Of a stretch of DNA of 37,489 bases, positions 17,825 through 26,266 are shown piece after piece. The DNA lies in the NCBI GenBank assembly GCA_043818155.1, contig JBDRGB010000006.1, forward strand, positions 1 to 37,489, read 5' to 3'. Origin of the DNA: Candidatus Aenigmatarchaeota archaeon. GTDB taxonomy: Archaea > Aenigmatarchaeota > Aenigmatarchaeia > CG10238-14 > SCSR01. The notes beneath the pieces are model-generated. The model was not told where the DNA came from. It was given only the letters and a program-made list of their open reading frames with translations, and made no database searches. The translations under genes were made by a program, and so were the position numbers. Each line of letters starts with the position of its first letter. The stretch's first letter is position 1.

Positions 17825-17830
17825 GATTTC

Positions 17831-18163
17831 TCATCCGGCTTCCAGCTTCTTCTTCATCCCGCCTACCATCTTGATGAAGTCGTCCAGCATATCGATGGGC
17901 AGCACGAAGCCTTGCTTCGTCGGACCTTTGTACATCGCAGTATTCTTCCACACGCGGAAGTCTATGCGGTCGTCTCCCTTGTAGTTCGTCTTCTTTATCA
18001 GCAGGACCGAGTCCGGCCTGAGCTTGAACTCCCCGAGCTTTATGTCCTTCTGCGTCTGTTCGGTCTCCATCGCGCCCGCCGCTTCCTCGGCAGACTCGCG
18101 TTCCGACTCTTCCTCCGCCTTCTCGAACTTCTCCATCGTCTCTGCTTTCTTCCTCCTCGGCAT
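17831..18163 (-). CDS. PC4/Sub1-like single-stranded DNA-binding protein
   Basis: TNYKGDDRIDFRVW...PTKQGFVLP matches the PC4 fold signature. Acidic, probably disordered N-terminus. Confidence 0.75.
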   Translation of the reverse strand: MPRRKKAETMEKFEKAEEESERESAEEAAGAMETEQTQKDIKLGEFKLRPDSVLLIKKTNYKGDDRIDFRVWKNTAMYKGPTKQGFVLPIDMLDDFIKMVGGMKKKLEAG

Positions 18164-18197
18164 GCAAAACACCTGAGAATAACTTCTACGCCGTTGC

Positions 18198-19127
18198 TTA
18201 AATCTGGATTCCCGCGTCCTCCAGGTTCAGCACGGGCAGCCTGTATCGGCCAATGTCGTCGATTCCGATCCTCGGGCACGCCATGTTCAGCGCGGCATCT
18301 ATCTTCAATCCTGCGAGTTTCTCGGGCGTTATCTCGTCGCTCGCGAGAATAACAACTTCTTTCCCCTTCGCTTCAAGCTTGCGCTTTATTTCGAACGGCG
18401 ATTTAGCCTGCCCGCGCTTCCAGCTCACGAACAACCCCACTCGCTTCGCCTCGTCGAAGGCAGCACGGTTCCATGCGATAGTCTTCTGTATTTTCTTCTT
18501 AAATTCGTCCATGTCCGTTATTGCACCTTTTTCCAAATCCAAGCAGAGCATCGGCTTGTCCGTCTTCATCACCAGCCCGAGGCCGTAGAACTTCCCCGCG
18601 GAAATGCACAGGAACGCGTCAACATCCTTCTCGATTTTCAAAGCCGCCTCGAGGTTGCATCCGAGTATCTGGCCCTCGTGCTGCAGCGCCTTGTGCGTGC
18701 GCACTTCCTTCCCGTGACTTTCCAAAAACTTCTTCGCCTTCTCGATAGCGCCGACGAATTGTATGCTCGTCACGAGCCCTATCTTGTCGTACGACTTTAG
18801 TTTTTCGAATTCCTTCTCGAGAATCGGGACTGGGTCCGCGTCGATGAAGTATTCCCAGAAAACGACCGGCAGTTCCCCCTTCACGCCGAAATCCTCGTGG
18901 CCGATGTGCAGCAGCGCGTCGCAGCCCAAGCGCTTGGCTTCGGCGTCACGTATGTCGCAGGCGCCGTAGCACGGCTCGACGCTGACTATGACTTCGAAGC
19001 CGGCCTTCTCCAATTCCTTTGCAAACTCCTGCACGCGCAGCTTCAGCCCTTCCGGGTACTGCACGAACACGCGCTTCGCTTTCAGCTGCTTCAGTTTTTC
19101 GACCGCAGGCGCAATGCTTCCGCTCAT
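18198..19127 (-). CDS. dph2: Diphthamide biosynthesis protein Dph2
   Basis: VQYPEGLK, CYGACD, HIGH, GQILGC and ACPRIGIDD supply the three Fe-S cysteines. Confidence 0.95.
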   Translation of the reverse strand: MSGSIAPAVEKLKQLKAKRVFVQYPEGLKLRVQEFAKELEKAGFEVIVSVEPCYGACDIRDAEAKRLGCDALLHIGHEDFGVKGELPVVFWEYFIDADPVPILEKEFEKLKSYDKIGLVTSIQFVGAIEKAKKFLESHGKEVRTHKALQHEGQILGCNLEAALKIEKDVDAFLCISAGKFYGLGLVMKTDKPMLCLDLEKGAITDMDEFKKKIQKTIAWNRAAFDEAKRVGLFVSWKRGQAKSPFEIKRKLEAKGKEVVILASDEITPEKLAGLKIDAALNMACPRIGIDDIGRYRLPVLNLEDAGIQI

Positions 19128-19188
19128 GGAAAACAGATAGAATCGGTACTATTAAAACTTTCCGCGCAAAACGCCCGGCTGACGCGCC

Positions 19189-19533
19189 TTAGAACTTCAT
19201 CAGGCTGTCGACGAGCTTGTGCGTCGCGTCCTCCGCCGACTCGTCCTCCGGCCTAATCATGTCGCGTATGACGCGCTCGATGGTCTTGCGCTTCTCGGCG
19301 TCGCCAATCTCCACAATCGCGCGGAAAGGCTCCTCGGCTCTGAGCTGCAGCTTCTGCGTCTCGTCTAGCTGCTTCTTCATCTCAACGAGCGCGGCCCACA
19401 GCTGCGCGACCTTCACGTCCTCGGCCTGCATGTACGCGCCCTTGTGCCTCTTCGTAGCGTTCAGAAGCTCGGCGAGCGTCTTCTGCGCCTCAGGCGCAAG
19501 GAAATCCTTCCAGTCGTTGTTCTCTTCTGCCAT
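19189..19533 (-). CDS. Hypothetical helical protein
   Basis: Clean ORF with host codon bias (HKGAYMQAEDVKVAQLWAALVE), co-oriented with dph2. Confidence 0.75.
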   Translation of the reverse strand: MAEENNDWKDFLAPEAQKTLAELLNATKRHKGAYMQAEDVKVAQLWAALVEMKKQLDETQKLQLRAEEPFRAIVEIGDAEKRKTIERVIRDMIRPEDESAEDATHKLVDSLMKF

Positions 19534-19593
19534 GCGAATCAATCCAAGTTGCTTTTCTATTATTCAAATCTGAAAGTGAAAGTTAAATAGACT

Positions 19594-20931
19594 TCAACCG
19601 AACCTCTCGTCCGCGTGCTTCTTCGACCCGCCGCGCCTCGCGTACGCGAGCAGCGCGTCGCGCTTCATCACAGCGGCTGCAATCACGACCGCTGCGAGCG
19701 CCATGCCGAACAGGTCCGAAAGCTGCGTGTTGAACATCCCGGCCGACCGCACGTCCACCGTCGCTGTGCGCGAATCGGTGGTCTTTCCGCTGGCGGTTAT
19801 CGTGAACGCGTGCTCTCCGGACGCGGCGTCGCACGGCACGGATACGAACGCCGTGACCTGCTTCGTCTCGCCCTTGCCGATCGTGACGCTCGGCACCACG
19901 TCAACCCACACCGCCACTTCGCCAGACACCTTCAGTTCGAAGCTGCCGGCCTCACCGCTGTTCTTTATCGAAAACTGCGCATCAGTCACCTCGCAGCGCT
20001 CCGCCTCATACGTCGTGCGCAAGAAGACCTCCGGCTCGCCCACTTTCGCCGAGGCCGCCGGCTCCACGCACTTGTTGCCCTCGCACCCGTACGGGCAGTA
20101 GTCCGTTATGCGCCAGCGCTTCTCGCAGCCGTCCTGCACCAGCTGCTGCCTGTAGCTTCCGAAGCAGCGGTAGTCGCCGACGCGGTAGTCGGCCGTGGAC
20201 TTTTCGTCAGCGCGCGCGCAGCCTATGCCGAAGCACGGATAATTCCAATCATACCCCCAGTCATAGTCGCCGCCCCACATGCGCCTGTCCTCGGGGCAGG
20301 CGATGCCGTGGCTGTTCGTCACCTTGAACTCGCTCGAATACAGCGTCTGGCTGTTGATGATCGCGTCCTCGGACAGGACCACCTTCACTTTGTAGTGCCC
20401 GGCCATGCCGACCGGCAGCGAGCACCTGACCGTCGTGTAGCCGTTGCCGCCCACGTAGAAGCGGTCCTCGTCGCAGGACATCCGCACGCACCCGGACCCG
20501 CCGTAGCCGTAGTAGCCGCTGCATCCGTGGTCGGTGCCGTCGTCCGTCCTGCACACATAAGCGCTTATGTCGTAGGTTGCTCCATACTGCCCGTTGTTCT
20601 CGACGCGCATGGTCTCGTACACAGTGTCACCCTCCTTCGAGTCCGAGGGCGTGGACATCGAGACGCTCGCCGAAGGCCTGCTGCACGAGTAGCCGCTGCA
20701 TCCGCCGCTGCAGCTGCCATAGTCGCGCCAGCCCGTGGTGCAGTCGGAGTATCGCCACATGCGCTGCTGCACGCTGCCCGAGCAGCGGTACTGGTCCACG
20801 TAGCCCTCGCTGCACGTGCTGCAGAAGTTGCCGTCGCAGTACGCGTCAGCCCTGGACGCGAGAACGGACACAGCAACGAGCGCCAGCATGACCGTGACGC
20901 CGAGCATCAAAAGGCCGTTTTCGAACCTCAT
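19594..20931 (-). CDS. Cys-rich secreted protein with Ig-like domains and C-terminal TM anchor
   Basis: Signal peptide, two YRC-x-G...WR...C-x-x-GC modules, and TM LFGMALAAVVIAAAVM plus a basic tail. Confidence 0.8.
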   Translation of the reverse strand: MRFENGLLMLGVTVMLALVAVSVLASRADAYCDGNFCSTCSEGYVDQYRCSGSVQQRMWRYSDCTTGWRDYGSCSGGCSGYSCSRPSASVSMSTPSDSKEGDTVYETMRVENNGQYGATYDISAYVCRTDDGTDHGCSGYYGYGGSGCVRMSCDEDRFYVGGNGYTTVRCSLPVGMAGHYKVKVVLSEDAIINSQTLYSSEFKVTNSHGIACPEDRRMWGGDYDWGYDWNYPCFGIGCARADEKSTADYRVGDYRCFGSYRQQLVQDGCEKRWRITDYCPYGCEGNKCVEPAASAKVGEPEVFLRTTYEAERCEVTDAQFSIKNSGEAGSFELKVSGEVAVWVDVVPSVTIGKGETKQVTAFVSVPCDAASGEHAFTITASGKTTDSRTATVDVRSAGMFNTQLSDLFGMALAAVVIAAAVMKRDALLAYARRGGSKKHADERFG

Positions 20932-20991
20932 AACATGCACAAACTAACGATAAACAGTCAAACTTAAAAGGGTTTCGCATAAGTAATTATT

Positions 20992-21243
20992 ATGGCCGTT
21001 GCACGGGGGGAGGGTTCTGTCGAAGTCAAGCGCAAGGGCGCGCGGCTGTTCGCGGACGGACGCGTGCGGAAGGAGATGGACACCGACCGGCGTTCTTACT
21101 TCGAAGTGCAGGGCGAGACCGAACAGCACTCGGTCGTGTTCGACAAGACCCGCAGCGTCTGGTCGTGCGACTGCAAGTTCAGCTCCATGAAGAACCGCGA
21201 GTGCAGCCACATCTACGCGTGCAAGCTCGCGGGAAAACGCTAA
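20992..21243 (+). CDS. SWIM zinc-finger protein
   Basis: WSCDCK...ECSHIYA is a CxC...CxH motif, preceded by YFEVQG. Confidence 0.8.
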   Translation: MAVARGEGSVEVKRKGARLFADGRVRKEMDTDRRSYFEVQGETEQHSVVFDKTRSVWSCDCKFSSMKNRECSHIYACKLAGKR

Positions 21244-21262
21244 GCGCCTGAAACCGAAACGC

Positions 21263-21271
21263 TTTTATATA
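21263..21271 (+). promoter_or_regulatory. TATA box
   Basis: TTTTATATA preceded by purine-rich CGAAA and ending 21 nt before the ATG at 21292. Confidence 0.6.
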
Positions 21272-21291
21272 ACTACTTCAAAGTAGCAAAT

Positions 21292-21909
21292 ATGATAAAA
21301 CCTTCCGACTTCGCATTGGATGCGGAACAGAAGAGAAAAATCAAAAAGTTCTACAACCTGATGTCGGAAGGCAAAGAGTTCTACTACACGCCTTTTCCGG
21401 ACACGCTCTACGCCGACCTCAACATGACCATGACCGACAAGCATCTCGCCATGTGCATGTTGAGGCATTTGGACAAGGAAATCGCCGAGACCGCCGAAAA
21501 AATAATGAAGACCGACAGGCCTAAGAGTAGCAAGGTCATGTCGATAGCAAAGCTCGTCGAAGGAAAGACGATAGCGGAACTCATCGACGCGTCGAGGGAT
21601 GCTGTGGACGAAATCCGGGTGCCGCCTTATATCGCCCGCGAACTCCCGAGGCTGAAACCGAGCAGACTAACGATATGGACGGATACACCCAGGGAAACGG
21701 CCGCCATATACATAAGGAAGATGATAGATCCGCTGTATAACCGAAATGGTGAAATAGAGGACATAGTTCTTTATGCGACCGAGTTGCAGCATGATGGCGG
21801 GATACTCACAGGCGCGATAAACTCCCTGCCGGACGAACATTTCCGGCACAACATACAGCACATCGACTACCTGAATTTCCTCAAGAAGGTCGCTGACAGA
21901 ATCGCATAG
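21292..21909 (+). CDS. Hypothetical protein, degenerate HAD-IB (SerB-like) fold
   Basis: TLYADLNMT resembles motif I, LTIWTD resembles motif II, and YATELQHDGGILTG resembles SerB. No motif IV is visible. Confidence 0.5.
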   Translation: MIKPSDFALDAEQKRKIKKFYNLMSEGKEFYYTPFPDTLYADLNMTMTDKHLAMCMLRHLDKEIAETAEKIMKTDRPKSSKVMSIAKLVEGKTIAELIDASRDAVDEIRVPPYIARELPRLKPSRLTIWTDTPRETAAIYIRKMIDPLYNRNGEIEDIVLYATELQHDGGILTGAINSLPDEHFRHNIQHIDYLNFLKKVADRIA

Positions 21910-21968
21910 CCCAACTTCTACGGCGCTATCATGTTCCTTGCAGGCTGAAAAAGAAGGAAGCAACGTAG

Positions 21969-22229
21969 CTACCTGCGCATCCTCTTCGAGATGCCGTCCA
22001 TTGCCATCCTATAGGCCATGGCAGCGGCCTCGTACGGGTTCTTGCTCTCGAACCGGGTGTCGTCCACAAACACTTCGTAGCAAAGCGAGAGCCCTGCAAC
22101 CGTATAAACGGCACCGATTCCCTTTGTGAGCGGATCGCCCCCGTGTAGCGCCATGCCGCATCCCTTCCAGGAAGCTCCGACCCCGAAAAAAAGCATCATC
22201 GAGTAAGCCAGTTCCTTGGCCAGGTCCAT
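21969..22229 (-). CDS. Small hypothetical membrane protein
   Basis: 86 aa with two hydrophobic segments and a T-rich promoter-like stretch about 25 nt upstream. Confidence 0.55.
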   Translation of the reverse strand: MDLAKELAYSMMLFFGVGASWKGCGMALHGGDPLTKGIGAVYTVAGLSLCYEVFVDDTRFESKNPYEAAAMAYRMAMDGISKRMRR

Positions 22230-22256
22230 AATTGTATATTCGCACCAAAAAATAAA

Positions 22257-22790
22257 TCATTTCCGGCCGGCCGCATGCGCCTTCAGGAACGTGTTCACAT
22301 GGTACAGCGAAAGCTCAAGCGCCCTGTCGCGCGACGCCTCGACGACCGGCGTGTATAGCAGCCGGGCTTTGGCGAGCGCGGTCGGCACGTCAGTGATGAT
22401 GTCGCATTCGGCCTCGAACCCGTCCCTGCGCAGGCAATAGTCCCCGGGGTGCACTACGCAGCGCACTCCTTGGAATTGTTCGGACGCTATCGTGAACGGC
22501 CTGTAATCGCCGTAATTCTCGTCCGCCGTCTTCTTGGCACTTTCCCACAGCGACAGCGCCGCCTCCCGCAGCGCCGCGTGGGCATCCGCCGCGCTTGGCA
22601 AGAACCCGCGCGAACCGAGCATCCGCCGGTCCGAAACCGAAGTACAGCAGGACATGTAAGGCTCGTCTATCGAGCTCACGTGGAAATGGAGGCCGTCGTG
22701 CAAGTAGGAGTTTTTGCGGATCGGACCGAGTCCGGCCAAGACGTCCATGATTCGTCTTAGCCGCGGTACGCCAAAAGCGTAGACCACCAC
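22257..22790 (-). CDS. Hypothetical protein
   Basis: Best ORF filling the gap downstream of aspS. No recognisable motif, and the start is uncertain (22790 or 22748). Confidence 0.5.
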   Translation of the reverse strand: MVVYAFGVPRLRRIMDVLAGLGPIRKNSYLHDGLHFHVSSIDEPYMSCCTSVSDRRMLGSRGFLPSAADAHAALREAALSLWESAKKTADENYGDYRPFTIASEQFQGVRCVVHPGDYCLRRDGFEAECDIITDVPTALAKARLLYTPVVEASRDRALELSLYHVNTFLKAHAAGRK

Positions 22791-22808
22791 TGGCGGTGGT
22801 GAAACTCG

Positions 22809-24122
22809 CTATGGGTTTATTCTGTTGCGGTCGCGCGGGAACATCGTGGCCTCGCGTATGTTGCTCCTGCCGGTTATCTGCATGGTCAGCCTTTCGAGCC
22901 CAATCGACCAGCCCGCGTGCGGCGGGGCGCCGTATCGGAAGAAGTCCACGTAGAACTTGAAGTCGTCAGGGTTCAACCCCTTCGATTTTAGCTGCCTTAT
23001 CAGAAGTTCGGGTATGTGTATGCGCTGCGTGCCCGAGCATATCTCTAGGCCGCCGTATATCAGGTCGAACGCGTGGCACGTCTTCGGGTTCTCTTCGTCA
23101 GGCATGGCGTAGAAAGCCTTGATCTCGGTCGGCCAGTCCTTCAGTATGAACGCCTCGTCGCCAACGAGCTTGAGCATCATCCTCTCCTGCGTTTTGCTGA
23201 AGTCGTCGCCCCACTTGACCTTCTCGCCGGCCTTCTGCAGCAGCCTGACAATCTCGTCGTACGTGACGCGCCGCAGCGGCAGCTTCGGCACCTTCAGCCC
23301 CTCGCGGCCGAGCGTCTTCAGCTCCTCGGCGCAGCTCTTCTTCACGTCCTTCAGCATACGCGCGAAGCACTCCCCCAGAACCGCGATGACGTCCTCGTCC
23401 GTGGCGAAAGCCTGCTCTATGTCCATCTGCCTCAGCTCGTTCAGGTGCGTGGGCTGGTCGAACTTCTCAGCGCGGAAGACCGGCAGCACCGTGAAAACTT
23501 TCTCGAACGCTAGCGCGCACATCTGCTTGTACAGTTGCGGACTCTGGGCGAGGTACGCGCGCTTCTCGAAGTACGGGATATCGAACAGCTCCGCGCCTCC
23601 TTCCGACGCGGACGCGATAATCACGGGCGGCTGTATCTCCATGTACCCGCGCTCGAGCAGGAACTCGCGGAACGATTTCAGCACCTGCGACTGTATGCGG
23701 AATATCGCGCGCGCTTCGTCGGTGCGCATGTGCAGCACGCGCCAGTCGAGCTGCGTGTCCAGGTTGGCAGGGGTCACGTTGCGCGGGTCGAGCGGCAGAG
23801 GCGTCTCGGACTTGTTCACGACCTCGATGCTTTCCGGAATAATCTCGAAACCCGCCCGCGCCTCGTCGCTCTTCGCGACCTTGCCCGTTACGGCTATCAC
23901 GTCCTCTTGCCGAAGCCCTTCGATGAGTTTCATCGCGCCATCTGGAACCTTTCCGCGCACTGCCGTCACCTGGCATTTCCCGCTCTTGTCGCGGAGCACC
24001 ACGAAGCTTATCTTCCCGAGAACGCGCGTGTCGTGCACCCAGCCGAGAAGTTTGACGCGCTCGCCTATCCTTCCGCCCAGCTCTTCGACGAACGCTCGCT
24101 CTTCGGACTTTTTGATGACCAT
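22809..24122 (-). CDS. aspS: Aspartyl-tRNA synthetase (archaeal type)
   Basis: OB fold GWVHDTR...FVVLRD, ASEGGAELF, AYLAQSPQLYKQ, FRAE, GAPPHAGWSIGLERL, FPRD. Confidence 0.96.
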   Translation of the reverse strand: MVIKKSEERAFVEELGGRIGERVKLLGWVHDTRVLGKISFVVLRDKSGKCQVTAVRGKVPDGAMKLIEGLRQEDVIAVTGKVAKSDEARAGFEIIPESIEVVNKSETPLPLDPRNVTPANLDTQLDWRVLHMRTDEARAIFRIQSQVLKSFREFLLERGYMEIQPPVIIASASEGGAELFDIPYFEKRAYLAQSPQLYKQMCALAFEKVFTVLPVFRAEKFDQPTHLNELRQMDIEQAFATDEDVIAVLGECFARMLKDVKKSCAEELKTLGREGLKVPKLPLRRVTYDEIVRLLQKAGEKVKWGDDFSKTQERMMLKLVGDEAFILKDWPTEIKAFYAMPDEENPKTCHAFDLIYGGLEICSGTQRIHIPELLIRQLKSKGLNPDDFKFYVDFFRYGAPPHAGWSIGLERLTMQITGRSNIREATMFPRDRNRINP

Positions 24123-24149
24123 CGAATATCCACCATCGTCAAATCCGCG

Positions 24150-24404
24150 CTACAGGTTGTACAGGAATATCCACACTACAGCCCAGACGAGCAGGAAAGT
24201 CACGAGGCTGTTCGACAGCAGCTGCGACCTCTTCTGCCCGCGGCCGAGCCTGAACATGACCGCGGCCGAAGCTGCGTACGCCGCCAGCGGAAGCAGCACC
24301 GCATACACCAGCGGCCCCGCCTCGAAATAGTTCGACAGCACGCCCGACGCCACTCCGAGCGCTGAGTATGCCGCCACGACCTTCTGTTCCAGTTTTATCT
24401 CCAT
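24150..24404 (-). CDS. Small three-TM protein, EMC6-like
   Basis: Three hydrophobic helices and C-terminal TFLLVWAVVWIFLYNL resembling the EMC6/Rab5ip-family end motif. Confidence 0.6.
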   Translation of the reverse strand: MEIKLEQKVVAAYSALGVASGVLSNYFEAGPLVYAVLLPLAAYAASAAVMFRLGRGQKRSQLLSNSLVTFLLVWAVVWIFLYNL

Positions 24405-24428
24405 CCAGCTTCAACCCAGAAACGCGCC

Positions 24429-25231
24429 TTACATCTTCTTCTCTTTTCCAAAGATAAAATCCTTTATCTTCCGCTGCCAGTTCTTCTCCTGCAGCTGCTG
24501 CGTCGTTATCCAGCTCTTTCGCACGTACGCTGGCAGCCTGCGCTGCGTCTTGATCAGCATGTCGACAAAATCCACGGTCCGCTGGTCGTGCGGATAGCCT
24601 ACGCCGAAGTCCACTCCCGCCTCCTTCTTTATCTCCTCGATTGCGCGGTCGCGCTCGACCTTCGCGATTATCGACGCCGCACTCACTATGGGGTAGCGCT
24701 TGTCCGCCTCGTTCTCCGCTATTATGCGGAACTTCTTCCCTTCGACCCGCACGTCCTTGCCGCGCTTCCCCTCGTTCAAAAATTCCAGCACTATCTTCTT
24801 GAAGCGCTCGGGCCGCGTGGTCAGCGCGTCCAGGTACACCTCCTCCCCGCCTATCATGCCGATTATCTCGGCCATGGTGCGCGCCTCGAGCAGGTTGAGG
24901 TTGCTGTTCTCGGACTTTTGCGCGTCTATCCTGCACGGCGGTATGGATATGGGCAGTATGCTCGATACGCGGCTCTCGGTCCGCAGCACGCGCTTGATGC
25001 TGTCGTACAGCTCCGCGCGCTTCGCGGGCGTCAGCTCCTTCGAGTCGCGCACGCCCATCCTCCTAAGCTTGGCGACTACGCGTTTCTCCGCCGTTATGCC
25101 GCATATGACCATCGGGCCGATGAGTGCGCCTCTTCTGGTAGGATGGCCTCTCAGCCGAGCCTATTTCCAGCCTCATCAATCCCGGTAATCAGCGTACTAC
25201 TATCCGTTTTTCTGTCGGAACTCTTTGCCAT
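24429..25231 (-). CDS. rnhB: Ribonuclease HII, intron-interrupted: join(25231..25165, 25132..24429), 256 aa if started at ATG 25231
   Basis: Removing 32 nt gives LITGIDEAGRGALIGPMVICG. Downstream motifs GVRDSKEL, ADKRYPIVSAASIIAKVERD and FGVGYPHD are intact. Confidence 0.9.
25133..25164 (-). other. Putative 32-nt archaeal (BHB/BHL-type) intron in rnhB
   Basis: RNA reads CUGG-AA^A-UAGG-CUC-GGCU-GAGA-GGCC-AU-CCUA-CCAG-AA^G: a 4-bp CUGG/CCAG helix, a 3-nt bulge, a UAGG/CCUA stem and a GNRA-capped hairpin. Cuts after the second bulge nucleotide give GAG GCT GGA AGA GGC. Confidence 0.85.
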
Positions 25232-26199
25232 AACTTTCCGTTCCTTTTTACCAAATTGAGTTTTTCTAATTCATTAAGTCTTCTGTAAACGGATTTCCAA
25301 GATTTGCCAGTTGATTTTGCCACCTCGGCAGTCGTTTTGGCTTTGCCTAAAATTGTCAATAAGTTGCTTTTTACTTTGGAAATCACAATCAGGTTCGAGT
25401 TTGCCCTAACCCAAAAATCCCTGCTTCCAGCTCTGAAATTGGTTACCATGCTCTCTTTTTTGAGAGCACCCAAAACCTTGCTTATGCGCGCCTTGGATCT
25501 GCCGAATTTCTCCGAAAGTTCTCTTGTTGGAATCGGGACCGAGAGGAGCAGGTATAGCTCGCTCTTTAAGAAATTTTTATCGTAATGTCGCTGTTTGTAG
25601 CAATTCATCATGCTATGGAATTTGGAGTTTTTGTCCCTGTGCAAGGACGTCATTCCAATTTTAAGGATTTTTTCCAAATTCCTCCTGTTAGAAATCTCAT
25701 ATTCTCTATCTTCTTTTCTGAACCTAGACTCTATTCCAAAATTTTCTAACATTTTTTCCAATATCGCGTTCCTTGATTTTTGGGAGATGCGCACGACTCT
25801 GCTTTTACATCTCCGGACAAACCTAACGCTCCCTTCCCCTGCGAAAAAGCCTTGCAGTACAAACTCGTATGATTTTTTATTCGAAATAGTTTTTCGGACT
25901 ATCTCTTTCCAAATTTTAACGAGTTTGACATTTGCAATCCTGTATATGAAATAAGGCTTTCTGGCCCTCTTGTCGGTGTAGAATTTATGTACGGCTTTTA
26001 TCGGCAGCCTTATCTCTCGGCCATCATCCGAGTAGACATAAATTCTAGCGTTCGGAATTGAACCAAAAATACTAGTCATGGTCTTATCAAAAAGTATGAC
26101 AAGCTCCTTTAAATTGTTCGTAAAAGTTATTTCACTACTCGTTGTGCTGTCGCCTTCAGCAAGCCATAACCCGACGCATCTAGAAACGTCTTTATGCAT
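25189..26199 (-). mobile_element. Free-standing LAGLIDADG homing-endonuclease-like gene with two C-terminal winged-HTH domains
   Basis: Motifs CVGLWLAEGD and VLQGFFAGEGS, HTH segments PTRELSEKFGRSKARISKVL and TTAEVAKSTGKSWKSVYRRL. Markedly more AT-rich than both flanks, with its own TTTTTATA box at about 26229-26222. Confidence 0.85.
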
Positions 26200-26266
26200 G
26201 CGTGCATATTGTAATTCCTAATATAAAAATATACCCTATGAAATATCCTCTACCAAAAAGAGGAAA

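Noticed and set aside
24429-25112. ORF-track RNase HII starting at MVICG, or rnhB as a simple pseudogene
   Set aside because: That product lacks the catalytic DE residues. The precise frame-restoring BHB geometry and the intact downstream motifs favour an intron.
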